NCBI RefSeq assembly: GCF_000150275.1
Contig: NW_002060947.1
Span: 6,463,648 to 6,527,647, forward strand
Direction of reading: 5' to 3'
DNA: 64,000 nt
Source: Trichoplax adhaerens
Lineage: Eukaryota > Animalia > Placozoa
Position 1 is the first letter of the stretch; each line of letters opens with the position of its first letter. Positions 11,319-24,500 of this stretch are shown piece by piece. The position numbers and the translations under genes were made by a program. A model generated the notes under the pieces. It saw nothing but the letters and a program-made list of their open reading frames with translations. It was not told the origin of the DNA and did not search any database.

Positions 11319-11776
11319 GTTTTAATCTGGCAACTGCTAGTTGTGATGCAACCATGAAAGTTAATTAATGAAGTTTGCGGTATACGATTCTATTGCATAG
11401 TAATAGTCGAAAGATACAGCACAGTACAATACGTGTACTTAGCTTTTGATGATGCTACAATTGCAAACTAGTAGTTTGCAATTGAAATCCCTGAGCTAGA
11501 TCAACTCCACAATGCGACGGAGCTTCTAGCCGACGAAATATAGCAATATCAGTCATATTCCAAACCTGGATTAACGATTGATCAACTTCTAACGACTTTA
11601 CATATTTTGGAAAGTACTGCCTTACACTATATATGCGTATTAAGTTAGCAATTCGATCTGAATGGGGTCAGAAAAATTTTAACTGTATCCGTTTTGCATA
11701 GGTTATCAAATAGCTCGTTGTAGTAATAACCTGAACCTCGTTGCACTGGTGTGGTGTGGGTAAAAAAGATAGAAAC

Positions 11777-12153
11777 ATAGAGGTAAAAGAAAGTGCCATA
11801 AAAACTTGTTTCTTTCTTTTAGCTGTGCTTCCTAGTCTAGTCTAGTTCAGACTGGTCCTTGCAGTCTTGACCAGTCTTTCTGATCATTTCGAAAAGTATG
11901 ACTACCGCAGAGCACTTTAATTAAAGTACAGTACTGTACTTTAGAGCAGAGAAACACTGACAGTGACCTCAGCGTCTTGGTCTTATCCGCCTTTTAATTT
12001 TTGTCAGCGAAATGGTGTAGTCCGGTCCAGTTAGGGAATTTTAAGAATACCCAAAAGTCTCTGGTCCTGGAAGCATCTAGTTGGTCAAGACCCATCTAGC
12101 CATATACTGTAGTTAGAACTAAAGAGAATGGAACTTTTCTCTTCAACCTCTAT
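11777..12153. mobile_element. Possible degenerate MITE / non-autonomous DNA transposon
   Basis: Imperfect terminal inverted repeats ATAGAGGTAAAAGAAAGTGCCAT / ATGGAACTTTTCTCTTCAACCTCTAT and an internal inverted GTCTTGACC/GGTCAAGAC. No clear TSD. Confidence 0.4.
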
Positions 12154-12507
12154 AAGATTGTACGATATAGTATACTGTAGTGCACGGTGATCGGCGGGCC
12201 TCCAACTTTGTCAAGATATCATTTTGCAAAGTTGCTTAAATTCAAGAATTTGATATAAATTTGTTATTTTTGCGTATACCTGACTCCAAGAGCAAACAAA
12301 CATTCAATCAAATTGAACTAACGGTGTTTAAATACGTACAAACGTCCCTGAAATGTTAAAATAAAAATTATACATAACGAATATAAACATGCAATAAAAT
12401 GTTGTACTGATATACACTACACTAAGCTGTAGTTAGGGTAGACCATGGTACAGTGTACGTATAGCACTGTGCTATGCGTTGGACTACTAGAAGAAGGATC
12501 AATCATT

Positions 12508-12835
12508 CTTGGACGGACAGACCTTTTCGGCCTCATTTCGTCAAAATATTGTTTCAAACACTTCGTTATGATACTACTGTACACTACATTAGCGAGCAGG
12601 CGATCGATATTATAATGACTAAATTTTCTAAATTAAGTAAGAATATTATCCGTTTCTAAGTTCTGATTGGAAATAGTTATACAAGATCTTAGATGTTATT
12701 TAAGTTAGTACTGATTAGTCATTCATGTAGGAACGTTTTACTAATTTAGAAAACAGATGCGGAAAATTCTTACCAAGTAGCCATTTTTGTCGATATTTGC
12801 CGCCTAATTTAGTAAGAAAGGTCCGTCTGTCCGAG
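12508..12835. mobile_element. MITE-like element, ~330 bp
   Basis: TIRs CTTGGACGGACAGACCTTT and (reverse complement) CTCGGACAGACGGACCTTT match at 16/19. A second diverged copy lies at about 7520-7720. Confidence 0.55.
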
Positions 12836-12996
12836 GGAGTGACATACTATGTGTGATATGTATGTCTGTCTCTAAAAAGGGTCTCTACTTGTAGATGGTC
12901 CGATCAGACTTTTTCTAGTGTATGTAGATCCAGATTTAGCCATTTTCAAATTTAGTGTTTCACACACCTCACTGAAACTGCTCTGCTGGTACTTTA

Positions 12997-13077
12997 TGTC
13001 CACTTATGCCCCCTGCAAAAAACTCTTTACTTAGTATTGGCTTTTAAAATATTTTTCGCAGGGGACGCAAGTGGACA
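12997..13077. repeat. Short imperfect inverted repeat
   Basis: TGTCCACTTATGCCCCCTGCAAAAA versus the reverse complement of the right arm, TGTCCACTTGCGTCCCCTGCGAAAAA. Confidence 0.6.
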
Positions 13078-16000
13078 CAATACAACAATAGTCTCAGTCA
13101 TATCCTATAAAATATCCAAAAGTGCCGCTGAAACGGAAACGACTCCACCAGAATCAGCTCTAGTCTTACTATAAATATTATTGAAGTATTTGCTCGTGTA
13201 AATAGTCTACTTGGAATAGGCAGTTTATGGCAATAATCAGGAGACATCTACTGTAAGAAATTGGTCTTTTTTCACTCCAAGTAGGAAGATTATTCGTCTA
13301 CGTCAAAATATTACATAGTAATACTACGCTCCATGTAATAATCGTAACGTTAAACCAGTGCTTAGAGAGTTGCTATAACAATAAACGGATATCTAATCCG
13401 TATACAATTTGCATTCTTCTCATACTAAAAGCTTAGTTATAAGCGCTTAGCATCATGATTGAAAGGTGAAGCATTGCGTCTATCAATCATCGATCTCACT
13501 TTTACCAGAAAAGTGCAATAATACCGGACATTAATTCAAAATTCTAAGAATTTAATACTCATTCTATTATCTAAGCGAATATATTGATGATGTAATTTAT
13601 TTATTCATGATTGATAAGGGTAATCATATATTAACTGAAATCTTAACTAAAGTACATACGAGTCGCAAGTCTACAATTTAGTAATAATAAAAAATTTAGA
13701 ACTGATAAATGCCATATGACATTAGTACTAAATAGTTCTCTGACTTAACCTTGAACAACAATGTAGCACTATTATAGACATTCCACATAATTTAATTTAT
13801 CAATTTAATTTCTGTTATAAAAATTAATTATCGTAAAACATTGTTATTATTTATCGAATGATGTATTTCGATAGATCAATCTTTTCATCAGAGATGTTAT
13901 CTTTTATCTAACTTCATCATAACATGATTTTCAATTGTAATTAGTTCCGTTCCACTGGTATTTGTATCTAATCAACATTTACTGTCTAGAGAGATTAATA
14001 ACACGATATAGAAAAGATAATACTGCATTTTTTAAGGATGATTTCCAATTGTATTGAAATTAGTAATATCGTAAGTCAACAAACCTGTGATTTTCGATTA
14101 CATAATGTTATTTATGATGATTATGTTCATTCTGTCTATCGTAAGTAAATAAACAAAATGAAATATTCAATAACAGCTTAAACCATGTTTTAAATCGTAG
14201 ATAGATGAATATAAGAAATAAACCGTAGATTTACGATTTATCTAATGCTTAAATATTAATTCATATATCTCAACTAAATCACTCGAGAAAATTGAATCAA
14301 CTTTATCAGGGCATTACTCTTACTCGACAGTTCTTATATCCAATACTGATGTCGATAATTTCCGATAATTTTTGCGGTGAAAATGCAAAGTTAGCAAAAC
14401 TCCATTTATTAATATACTTTAAATTTGTGGGTATCAGGAGTTAACGTTCTTTCCATATAACACTATTTGTGAACAGTTCAATCATAAACAATGAAATGTG
14501 AATTAGTGAAAATGATCGTTAGATCGCTGGATCTTCTATTTAGCTGCACATATTTATTAAGATGGCCCAAGCATAAATTTGTTGGGATAAGAAATTCATA
14601 GTATTTATCCATTCAACTCTCAATAAGATATCGTATATATACATTATTATAAATAGAGATCTCAGAATTGCAAGCCCAATAATTACAACAACGTAAAATA
14701 AAATCGTCTGATATTGCTTGTAACCTGAAATAACCAGTAATTTCTAATATTGAACGAATTAAATACTTTACTATAAACTACTCATAGCGCATTTTGAATC
14801 ATATTAAATCGTATTAGTGAGAAGAAACGGTAGGTAATTTGTTATCCAATCCACCATTATAAAAGCACTAATTGAGAATAAACTTTTGTATAAATATTGC
14901 TTCATTCTGATAGTTTGTGAAACAAGTTAATGTGTGCAGTAACATGGTATTTTTAGGGCGGGCGTTAGCGCAGATAAATTGAAACATCACGATAAACGAC
15001 AATATTAGGTTGGTTGCATCTGACATAAATCTCTAAAATTTATTAATAGCTATCTGTAAAAGATTAGATGGAATCAGATCCAACGGTCCAACAGCTAATA
15101 AAACTAAGTTGAGGATGAGTTTGTATTAGATCTCAAAAATCTCTAATACCACATTCATAGCCATATGATAGTTAAGAAAACGTTATTGCTATTAATGAAA
15201 CTAAAATCCAACTATTTAAGTTAACTTCTCATACAGTAACAGCAATTTTTTTAAACTAAATTATCAAGATTTTAATCATCATGACTGTAGTTAGATTAGG
15301 AGCTTTTGCTTATTTGCTATTCAATCTCATATTAATATATCCTACGTACTCAATACATAGGCAAGCAAGTTGTACGTAGGCATTCAGGGATTGATATTTC
15401 ATAAAAGGAAGTGAAAACAGCAAAAAATATTTTAATAAAGCTTTCAAGCAGCGTATATTTACAACAAATAGGAAATAATTCAGGTTTTAAAGCATGGTGC
15501 TTCGTAAATCCTCCTTATTTATTATGCTATTAGACATTATAATGATCAGTAACGTAATAGCTTTGTGCTATATCTCGCTTATTAATAAGGTATCATAAAA
15601 TTATTAGTGGAATAATAACTTAGAAACTAACATGCTAGTAAATCTAAAGATCTTAATTATTATAATCCTGCATCCCATACCGTACAAAATTTCATTAGTT
15701 TTAATATTGCAACTTTATAAATTTATCATTATCAAAGGAAATAATGTTCTATAGTATTCATTCTATCTATCGACTAGTTATTGTGAAAGTGATCCTGATT
15801 GATTAATTATTTACCAGTATTATACTGAATAAGAGTTTCTCTCACTTAAAGTTAAACTTTTATAACACTTTCTAAAATTTTTCTTAAGTGGTAAATGATA
15901 TGGAGCCTAAGTTTGAAGATGTTGCAAGGGAATACCGTATTTCATTAACTTTTAGATATTTAACTATCAATTTCAGTAAGTAGGTCAAAACGATCACTTG

Positions 16001-16489
16001 TAATATTTACTATAGATAAAATGATACTTGGGTAACAGAATTAAATTTCATGATAGGATGTACTTGCTTAGGAAAAACTAATATAAGCGTCGTACGGTGC
16101 CTAATGCCAAAAGAAATATACCGTGCATCATGGCTTATATTTGCAAGTAATTGCTAACTATCATATGCAGAAGTAAGACTTATTTCATGACAATGATGAT
16201 GACATCGAATTATTGTATCTATCGTTGTAATGTAATCTCTCTTCAAATAGAACTTTATTGAAATTGTATTACCGAACATATCAAGAATAAGGAAAAACGT
16301 TTTAATTGAATAACTTGCACATTTATTCGAAAATACTGTAGTACATTTACAAAGGTCGATTATGATTAGCCGGTAGTACTCTGCTAATAGTAGCCTAATT
16401 AACCAGATATTAATAAGTAAAACTGATTTAATTTATAAAGAATAAATGTAAGCTACAACCGCCTAGGTGTCTCTTATATGGAAACAAAA

Positions 16490-17150
16490 ACAACATCTTG
16501 TATTTTCCTCATAAGGAATAATATACTATATCATATTTTTATTTATTTTTGGTAGCAAAATAGTTAATACTACATGACATACATTAACAGTTGATCAATA
16601 GTTCATGAAGATAGGATAAGAAAGAAACGGTATTCATGCTGATTGAAACAGGACGATTTACTTTAATGTCAATACTATTTTCGAAGAATTAAATTCTATT
16701 GAAGAAACGCAGATATCTACTTTATATCTTTATTCTATGATATAGATTGTCAATATTGATATAAAAGACGATGATATATGAAAATGCACACCAGTTTTAA
16801 TATTTACTGAGAACTGTTATTCCAGCTGTTATAAATTTCATGCTGTTTATAGAGTCAAAATAATGACTAAGATAGAAGATGATAACGACGTTAATCTGTG
16901 AAACGGAAGCTTGTAAACGAAGCTAAAAGTATATTAAGAAATAAATGTGATAACGGTATAAAGTATTGCCCATATTGATGGAATGATAAAGATAGTAGAA
17001 ATAGTTATGGATTCAATAGAAATGCTGAAAATATTACAAATGCGCATAGGGCTAATATGCGAGAAAAGAAAAGAGATAACCTGAATAAATAATGTATATA
17101 TTTTTGGAATGATACTCATCAAACCTCTGCAATGAATCATGAATGCGATG
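16490..17150 (-). pseudogene. Possible heavily decayed GPCR (LGR/RXFP-like 7TM) relic
   Basis: Ordered fragments broken by stops and frameshifts: ICNIFSISIESITISTIFI (TM3-like), NWCAFSYIIVFYINI (TM5-like), IVLFQSA*IPF (TM6 WIPF with TGG>TGA), VVLTILLPKN (TM7 LPxN-like). Confidence 0.3.
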
Positions 17151-20100
17151 CTGTGACGAATTTAGAATTTGATTAAATTTCTAGCTTAAAAACCATAAAC
17201 GTTTTATACAATAGCTTGAATTCAAATTGATATCAAACTGGCATTGAATTCTCGTAACCTTTGTTTATTTCTGAGATTATTCACAACAGAACGAAAGTGA
17301 TATTAGAATGATTTATAGTTCTTTCGAGACAATAATTCATCATATAAGTAGATGTTTTTTTCCGACATGAATTAGATTAGTAAATTTAGCATAAGCATAC
17401 GTCATTACTTATGATGATTTTTATAAGAATTTATTAAGGAGAATTGAATCATTCATTCTTAGCTTGATTAAGTAAACTAAAGTTGAATCTATCCTGCTCG
17501 CTGACTAAAATAGCATCAATAAAATTATGCTGCATGCTACGCTAAGTATAGTATTTAAAAGTTCAATGAGGCAGCTCTTATTTTGAAGAGATATAATAGA
17601 ATACATAAAATTAAAAACAGGTTTATTCAATGATGTCAATCATTATCACCAAGAATGTATTATACTGGTTGAAGAATGCAGAGAAGAATAGAGATCTAAC
17701 CAAGATTTTGTTGATTTTGGTTGATGGATAATGGATTAATCCTTAATATAGGCGAGGTATAGGCGTCTATTCTGACGTGTTTACTCATCATATATTGATC
17801 AAAATTATTATTTTTTATAGATATTTTCAACACACCATTTCAATGATGTGATTTAAATCTATTATTTTCACCATTTATAGATCCGACTACAAATTTTTCG
17901 ATATTATTCATTAACCTCACAAAGTGATAAAATTAACAGCTGCATTATTATATCTTTGCAAAATTTTAACCTCTAAGCCTTGTCCTTAACTCTATTATAA
18001 TGCGGAAGAACGGACGGGATATTAAGTGCTAAGTATGTGAGCCCAAGTTTTAAATTCAATTTTTAATAGAAATACGCTACTGCGATCAAAATAGATACCT
18101 GGAAAAGAGATAGTTTCCTTAATGATAGGGTTATTGTTACATAGTCAATAATATTTGATATTCTTAAAGCTAAAAATACACTATTCAAGCAAAGAAAAGA
18201 TACATACTATAATGACCCGTAACTAATAAAAAATGATTGACGAATTTTTCAAGATTAAATTAGAAATAATAATCTATACGTCGATGAAAGCAATAATATA
18301 ATCCAAACAATCCCTAATGAAACAAATTTGAATAAAGCCATCCTAATGATGACGACTAGGGTAATGCTGATGCTGTCTAGCAACAGTTTAATCAATAAAT
18401 CTATTATCTTCATGATAATTTTATTAATCAAGTAATTTGTTAGCACAATGTGTTTATCAATTAAATTGATGAGATAATATAGACAATACGTGTCGCCATC
18501 CAGGCTTAGTTGTATCTAAGTTGTTGTACCTGCCGCTATAATCCTTCCCACGCATTATTATTTAAATGAGTAAGTCCATTAAGATAAAATGCACTTGCTA
18601 TTTATTACAATATTCATTTGCACTCGGAATTCGACTTAATACTGCAACTCAATGCTAGTATAGTTCAGTCTGAAATCATAATTTCTATCGTACAATTTAT
18701 GGTTTTTAGAATTTTTTGATCGCAACTGCCTTGAATTGAATCTAATCCAGCCGGTAGGTCCATGAATTTATTCTGATTTTGAATCTAACTATTGGAAACT
18801 CGCCTTCTGACTTCATTATATATTATTACTATGGCCTAATATCTCAAAATTGCTCTAATAGTTCTATTTTGTTTCACTTAAAAGTTGATATATTATATAT
18901 AGTATTCTAAACAAGTTAAACTTGGAGTCATATCTGTTCAGCTTTGTATATATAAAATAAGTGAAAATTAAATCTAAGTGCAAATGCTATTATTACAATG
19001 CAGATATTCCTAGTCAATTTCTAACTGGGTCAACAATCCTTCCTTTCCGAATCATTTTACTATTTTCTCTCTTCAACGTTGGCTATTATCGTGCCTGAAT
19101 TTCTAATCTGTTAACGTAATTAAATTCTAAGCCACGAAAGATAATCTTGAAACTCTTGTGTAAGTAGCAACGCAGTAAATCAAAATTTTACGTCATCTGC
19201 AGAAGATAAAGAAGTTTCCTTTTGATATCTCAATTCTTTGGATACAACAGCTTTATTTGTTCTTAATCTTTAAATTCAAAGATTAAAATCTTGCATTTTA
19301 ATCCGTCGATAAATGATATTGCAGCAAAATTAGTCAAATCATTTTTTCCCAAATCCTTTTTCTTTCTAACCATTACTATCATAACTTGACTATAACTGTT
19401 AATTGGTCCTTTTTTGATTGGTTGATTAAAATTCCAAGCAAGTTACATCTACTTAAGATTTTCTTGAAAAATTGCGAAATACTTTGTGCTACTATTTGTG
19501 TCTTGCGATTGTATGGTTCTTCATCAGTTTTTTCTCTGTGCTGAATGCATTGACGATTTTATTTGCTATTAATAACGAGTTTTGAACAATTAAAGTGAAT
19601 TATTCAATCACGTTATAGCTCAGATCTTTAGACTGGTCTACAGCAAAAATAGAGAAAGAGCTATCTTCTTATTAAGTTCAATACTAAAGTTTTAGGTGTA
19701 ATATTCCATTGATTTAATGCCACTTACTTGGCCTAAGTAAATTGACGTATACAAAGCATATCTATTAGTCTGATCAAGTTTACATGGTATTTTAAGTATT
19801 GAAATTATCAGCAATACTCTATTCAGTAAGCTATCTAAGTCTTCACACTGTTGGATTTTTTTTAATATTTACGAAATCATACTAATTAAGAGAAATTGAG
19901 TGGTATTGTACAACCAAATAGAAGAACCTATAAGGAATTGTTGTTTTGTTCTCATTCCAATTTGCTTATCTATTCAATTAAACTTTAAACAAGAGAGAAA
20001 AATAAGAATTTAACCGAACTTGTTCTCTAATTGTACCAGGATTGAGAACGTGGTGCCATTTGCCCAGTGAAACGCAAACTTGCATTGTTCAGTAAGATAT

Positions 20101-20425
20101 TACAATTTACGATTACTGGCTAGCTATTATAAGCATCAACTTTTACCTTATTCATAAAATATACACATTATAACAGGAAAGTGTAATTTTACGATTGATT
20201 CTTATCGACATCGAGGAAGAAACATAATATTCCAAGAATTTATCTCAAGCCTCATAGTCTTACGTATAAATACTGGAAATTTAAGCTTGTACAAAGAGTA
20301 CACGTCTATGTGTATGTGTAACTGTACTTTTCCTTTCTAAGCGTATTTCTTTAAAGCAGCTGTCTCTGGTGCTTTACGTTATTCCTTCAACCATCTTTAT
20401 AAAATAAATTGATCATTGCTAAGAT

Positions 20426-21514
20426 ATGAATATTACTATTAATAGCAGCAATATAACAACTGGGAATACCACTACTTCGCCTTCTTCAAATAGAACAGCG
20501 CAATATATAGGTTGGGTAACTATTGGAATTTGCATATTAGTTGCAAATCTATTTGTCTTTCTAATAATTGTATGTCGTCGACGATTGCATAATTCATCAA
20601 ACATCATATTATGCAGCATGTTTTTAAGTGGTAGCGCTATAGCTTTACTCTATGTTTTCCCAGGTCGTGTATTTACAGTATGGAGAAGAACTTCTATTTT
20701 TATGTGTTCATCAACGCCATCCTTTGCTTTTGCTTCGTTAACATGTTATAATTTACACATCTGCGGGGTTAGCTTAGACAAGAGTGTAGCTATTATGTCG
20801 CCATTTCGTCATCGTACCATAAGCAACTCACGTAATGCTCTCATATTAATTGCATTAATTTGGTTAATTTCGTTTGTGGCTAGTTTTGTCCCACTATTTA
20901 CATATCGTCCTTATTCGAACCAACGATGTGTTTATAACCCCAGAGTACAAGAAAAAATACAGCAAGATTCAATATTCCAAATTGTGCTCTTCGTTACCTT
21001 GGTTATTGTTCCAATGATATCAACAATTATTCTTTATTCTATTATTTTTGCCCGCATTAATGGCGATTCATCAACTTTGCTCAAGTCGAAATACCGTGGT
21101 CAAAAAAAATTAATGGCCAAAAATTTCAAAGTCGCACGTCAAATGATTTTTATGCTTGGTATCTTTGCTGTTTGCTGGCTACCATTTTTTCTCATGTTTA
21201 TAGTTCAACAATTTATCTATACACTATTTACTGTGGAATTATATAACATTTTTCGCTATATCGCCTTCGTTTATCCAATTATTAATCCCATTTTATTTGC
21301 CTTCTTCACCAGTAGTATACGAGCTGAGATTCTACGATTATGTCATAAAACGGCAGCTCGACAAGATACTGTTCTGTATTATGAAAGTACTGTGAAATCA
21401 GGATTATCAACTCGAGGCTATAGTGCATCAGCTGCTAGCATTAAAGATGGGCCTAATCATTTTCCAGCCAAAAACAGTACCTATTTGAAACCACCTACTA
21501 ATCGATACCATTAA
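20426..21514 (+). CDS. Single-exon class A (rhodopsin-like) GPCR, 362 aa
   Basis: Seven hydrophobic segments; N-terminal N-glycosylation sites; TM1 AN, TM3 C...SLDKS, TM4 W, TM6 FAVCWLPF, TM7 INPILF. Confidence 0.93.
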   Translation: MNITINSSNITTGNTTTSPSSNRTAQYIGWVTIGICILVANLFVFLIIVCRRRLHNSSNIILCSMFLSGSAIALLYVFPGRVFTVWRRTSIFMCSSTPSFAFASLTCYNLHICGVSLDKSVAIMSPFRHRTISNSRNALILIALIWLISFVASFVPLFTYRPYSNQRCVYNPRVQEKIQQDSIFQIVLFVTLVIVPMISTIILYSIIFARINGDSSTLLKSKYRGQKKLMAKNFKVARQMIFMLGIFAVCWLPFFLMFIVQQFIYTLFTVELYNIFRYIAFVYPIINPILFAFFTSSIRAEILRLCHKTAARQDTVLYYESTVKSGLSTRGYSASAASIKDGPNHFPAKNSTYLKPPTNRYH

Positions 21515-24500
21515 TGCTATAGGAAATTATTATTGATCGATGCTATAATACTAACGACAAGCTAATAGAGCGATTACAATAAATGGTTGTATGTTCGATG
21601 GCAGGATTACTTTAAAGATATTTGCAACGTGATCTAGTGGATTGAAATCTTTTTTAATTTAGTGTATTGAGTCTTACTAATTTCGTTAATATTAGCGCGT
21701 TTACTAAAGAACCGGTAATAAATCAGAGCGATACGGCTAGCACTGGTAGGCAGCTTAATAATTGCTTGATATTGAATTTTACACTAACAAAAATGATCAT
21801 CTAATAAAATAATATATCAAAAATTACATTATGGAACTATCATGTTGGAAATACGTCGGGTATCTTCAAAAGGAATGGACCGTAACTGTAGTTATCAACA
21901 TCAATCTAAACCGGAATCAGCTTAACTAAATCCATTCGTAACATTTTAAAATCGAGTTTATACTCGAAAGCTAAATTTAAAAGCTATTAAACAATCTGAA
22001 ATTTGAAAATGCATGAGGATATCTTTACTTTCAATTCATATATTGATTCATTCCTTCATTTTTGCAATCAGTTAATTATTAGCGAGCATTACACTATATA
22101 AGGCTGGCAATTACAAAATCTTTGTAACCAGTTTACTTTAGTGAGAGTAATTTTGTTCCACAATTATTGCATAATTTGCGAAATTAGATAGTTTCATTGA
22201 GAAGTAGACGACGAAATTTATTACATCAAAATCTTATCACAGCTTGATTGGTTTTAATTTTATCTTAGACAGAGTATTAATCATGCAAAACATTTTAGCT
22301 ATTTCGTAGAGCAATTTTAATGCTTTAAAAGGAGTTGAGAGCAGTGGAAAGGTTCTCCGTCATTCTTCTGCCATTATTAAAGGATACCACTGGCCTGAGT
22401 TCTAAACGGCATTATTAATATTACAATTTTTCATCGAGGATGTCATCAAAAATAATCGATTTTCTTTAAATCGTCTCACGATCAAACTTTTATGGATTGA
22501 AAGATGGTATCAATTTGTAGGGCGCTTTCTTCGTTAAAGGAATATTATTACTAGATCTACACCGTATCATTTGAACTCAACCTTGGACAAGCACAATAAT
22601 ACCATTGTGGCCAATTTATTGATCATACAAAAACAGTCAGAAATCTTTCAGAATTGAAGTCCATTCTGATATAAATTAAATTTCTATTGAAATAATTTGT
22701 GTGCTCATCAAATATAATCGTCAGATAGCTACGAAATTGATAATTAAACTAGTTTTATCGATGACTTGAGAGCTTTCATATTATTGCGTTTCATCTTATT
22801 CATCAACATTGTTACAAATTTATTTGAATAAACTCGGCCTTCCCATAATATGTATCATATTGTCATCGTAATATAAAAATGCATTTTATGTTATGCATAT
22901 CCAGTTCCAATCTAAGAAAAATCTATTCTTGGTAAGAATGCCTAAATAGTAGAGAAAGTAAACAGTGATAATAAAAAAATAATTTTAAGATCAGTCAACT
23001 CGAATTTCTAGACTGAAATTTGAACAATATCAAATTATTGATATTCATAAAGTTATTATTATATATTGTGTAACTGGGATCTACTTCGTGATGACTATAC
23101 TGATCATGAATATACCAAAACTATCCAGCACTTTAATACTGCATATTGCAAGCACTTACCAAATCTTGCTAACCATCTGCTTATAGCCATATTGTATCTA
23201 TTATGTTCGTATGCAATATTACTGTACCGATTTACTATACAACCACCATTATACCAATATACTATGGTATCGATATAGTGAGCACTTTAAAATAACTATC
23301 GCACTAATAAAGTCTTTCGTACTTTTATTAATGTAACCTTGGCATTGATATCTAAATTGTTTTACCATCTTCAGTATGAAATCATGAGATGAATGCCATT
23401 TAGCATAGCCTATGCTCTATTTAATTTATATTGCAAAGATAACATTATACGCAATTTAATTTCCCATCGAATTGTTTGATTTCATAATTCGTAAGTACTT
23501 GCATGAAAATGCTCGAATAGTTCGATATGCACTTAGTATATGGACTTCATCTGATTACTAGACTGCAGATGGCTTACAGTATATCGACAAGCTGCAACGT
23601 TTATAATATGATTGTATCTATTTAAGAAAATTAAAACCATTCTTACACTAATTGCACTCAATGCACTGTATTGTGTCTGTTCTCATTTTAATATCGCGCA
23701 CTATTTCACTATGTACAACAGTACGTTAAGAATGAAAATATTCTTTCTTCTTTTATGTTTTAATCAAAATAATTCTTGTAGCCATAGAGGCAAAAGTTCA
23801 TTAATTGAATTAAAACGTTTTACATTGGAAGCTTTGACGTGTAACTTCATGTATGAGTCTATTTTCAATCATGCCGAATTTATTTATTTTATATCTGCGG
23901 TATATCAGCTATCGAGAAGTTCTCCATTCTTTTTCTGTAAGTTACATTTGACTTGATACTTAACGCTGTAGTATCCTGTTTTATCTGTAATCAATAGTAC
24001 TTACTCGTATTATTGAGGAATCGATGTTAACTAAATAAGATTGACCGTAAAAATTAACTCAAGCTACTCAGGGCTATTAGCGTAGCTACCTTAGTTCGTT
24101 ATCAAGGCAGGGTGCACGTGAATACTAATGATAAAACTGGTGAAAGATATCTCGGCATCGAGCTGCAGATAAAGCTAACGGTACCTACATAAGTATTATC
24201 AAAATGATTATAATAAATTGGAAATTAATAAATCAAAGTAGGTTTGTTTAATTTACCGACCGCTAAGATCAATAATAGCCGAATACAACCTTTGAGCTGA
24301 AGGCCATACGCGATGATAATATAACGGTTAAATTATTAAAATATCTGGCGTCTGCTGTTACTTTATTTCATAAAGTAAATAGACCCTTATTTCTTAAAAA
24401 AAATTACTCGACTGATAGCAGAAAAACACAATTTAAGCACCTTGAATGGTTCTATAATGAGATATAATGAACTAATTCATTTATCCAATATTAAGATTTG

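Noticed and set aside
20426-21514. Assigning a named receptor (adrenergic, adenosine, opsin) to any of the GPCRs
   Set aside because: Diagnostic ligand-binding residues are absent, and orthology cannot be established without a phylogeny.
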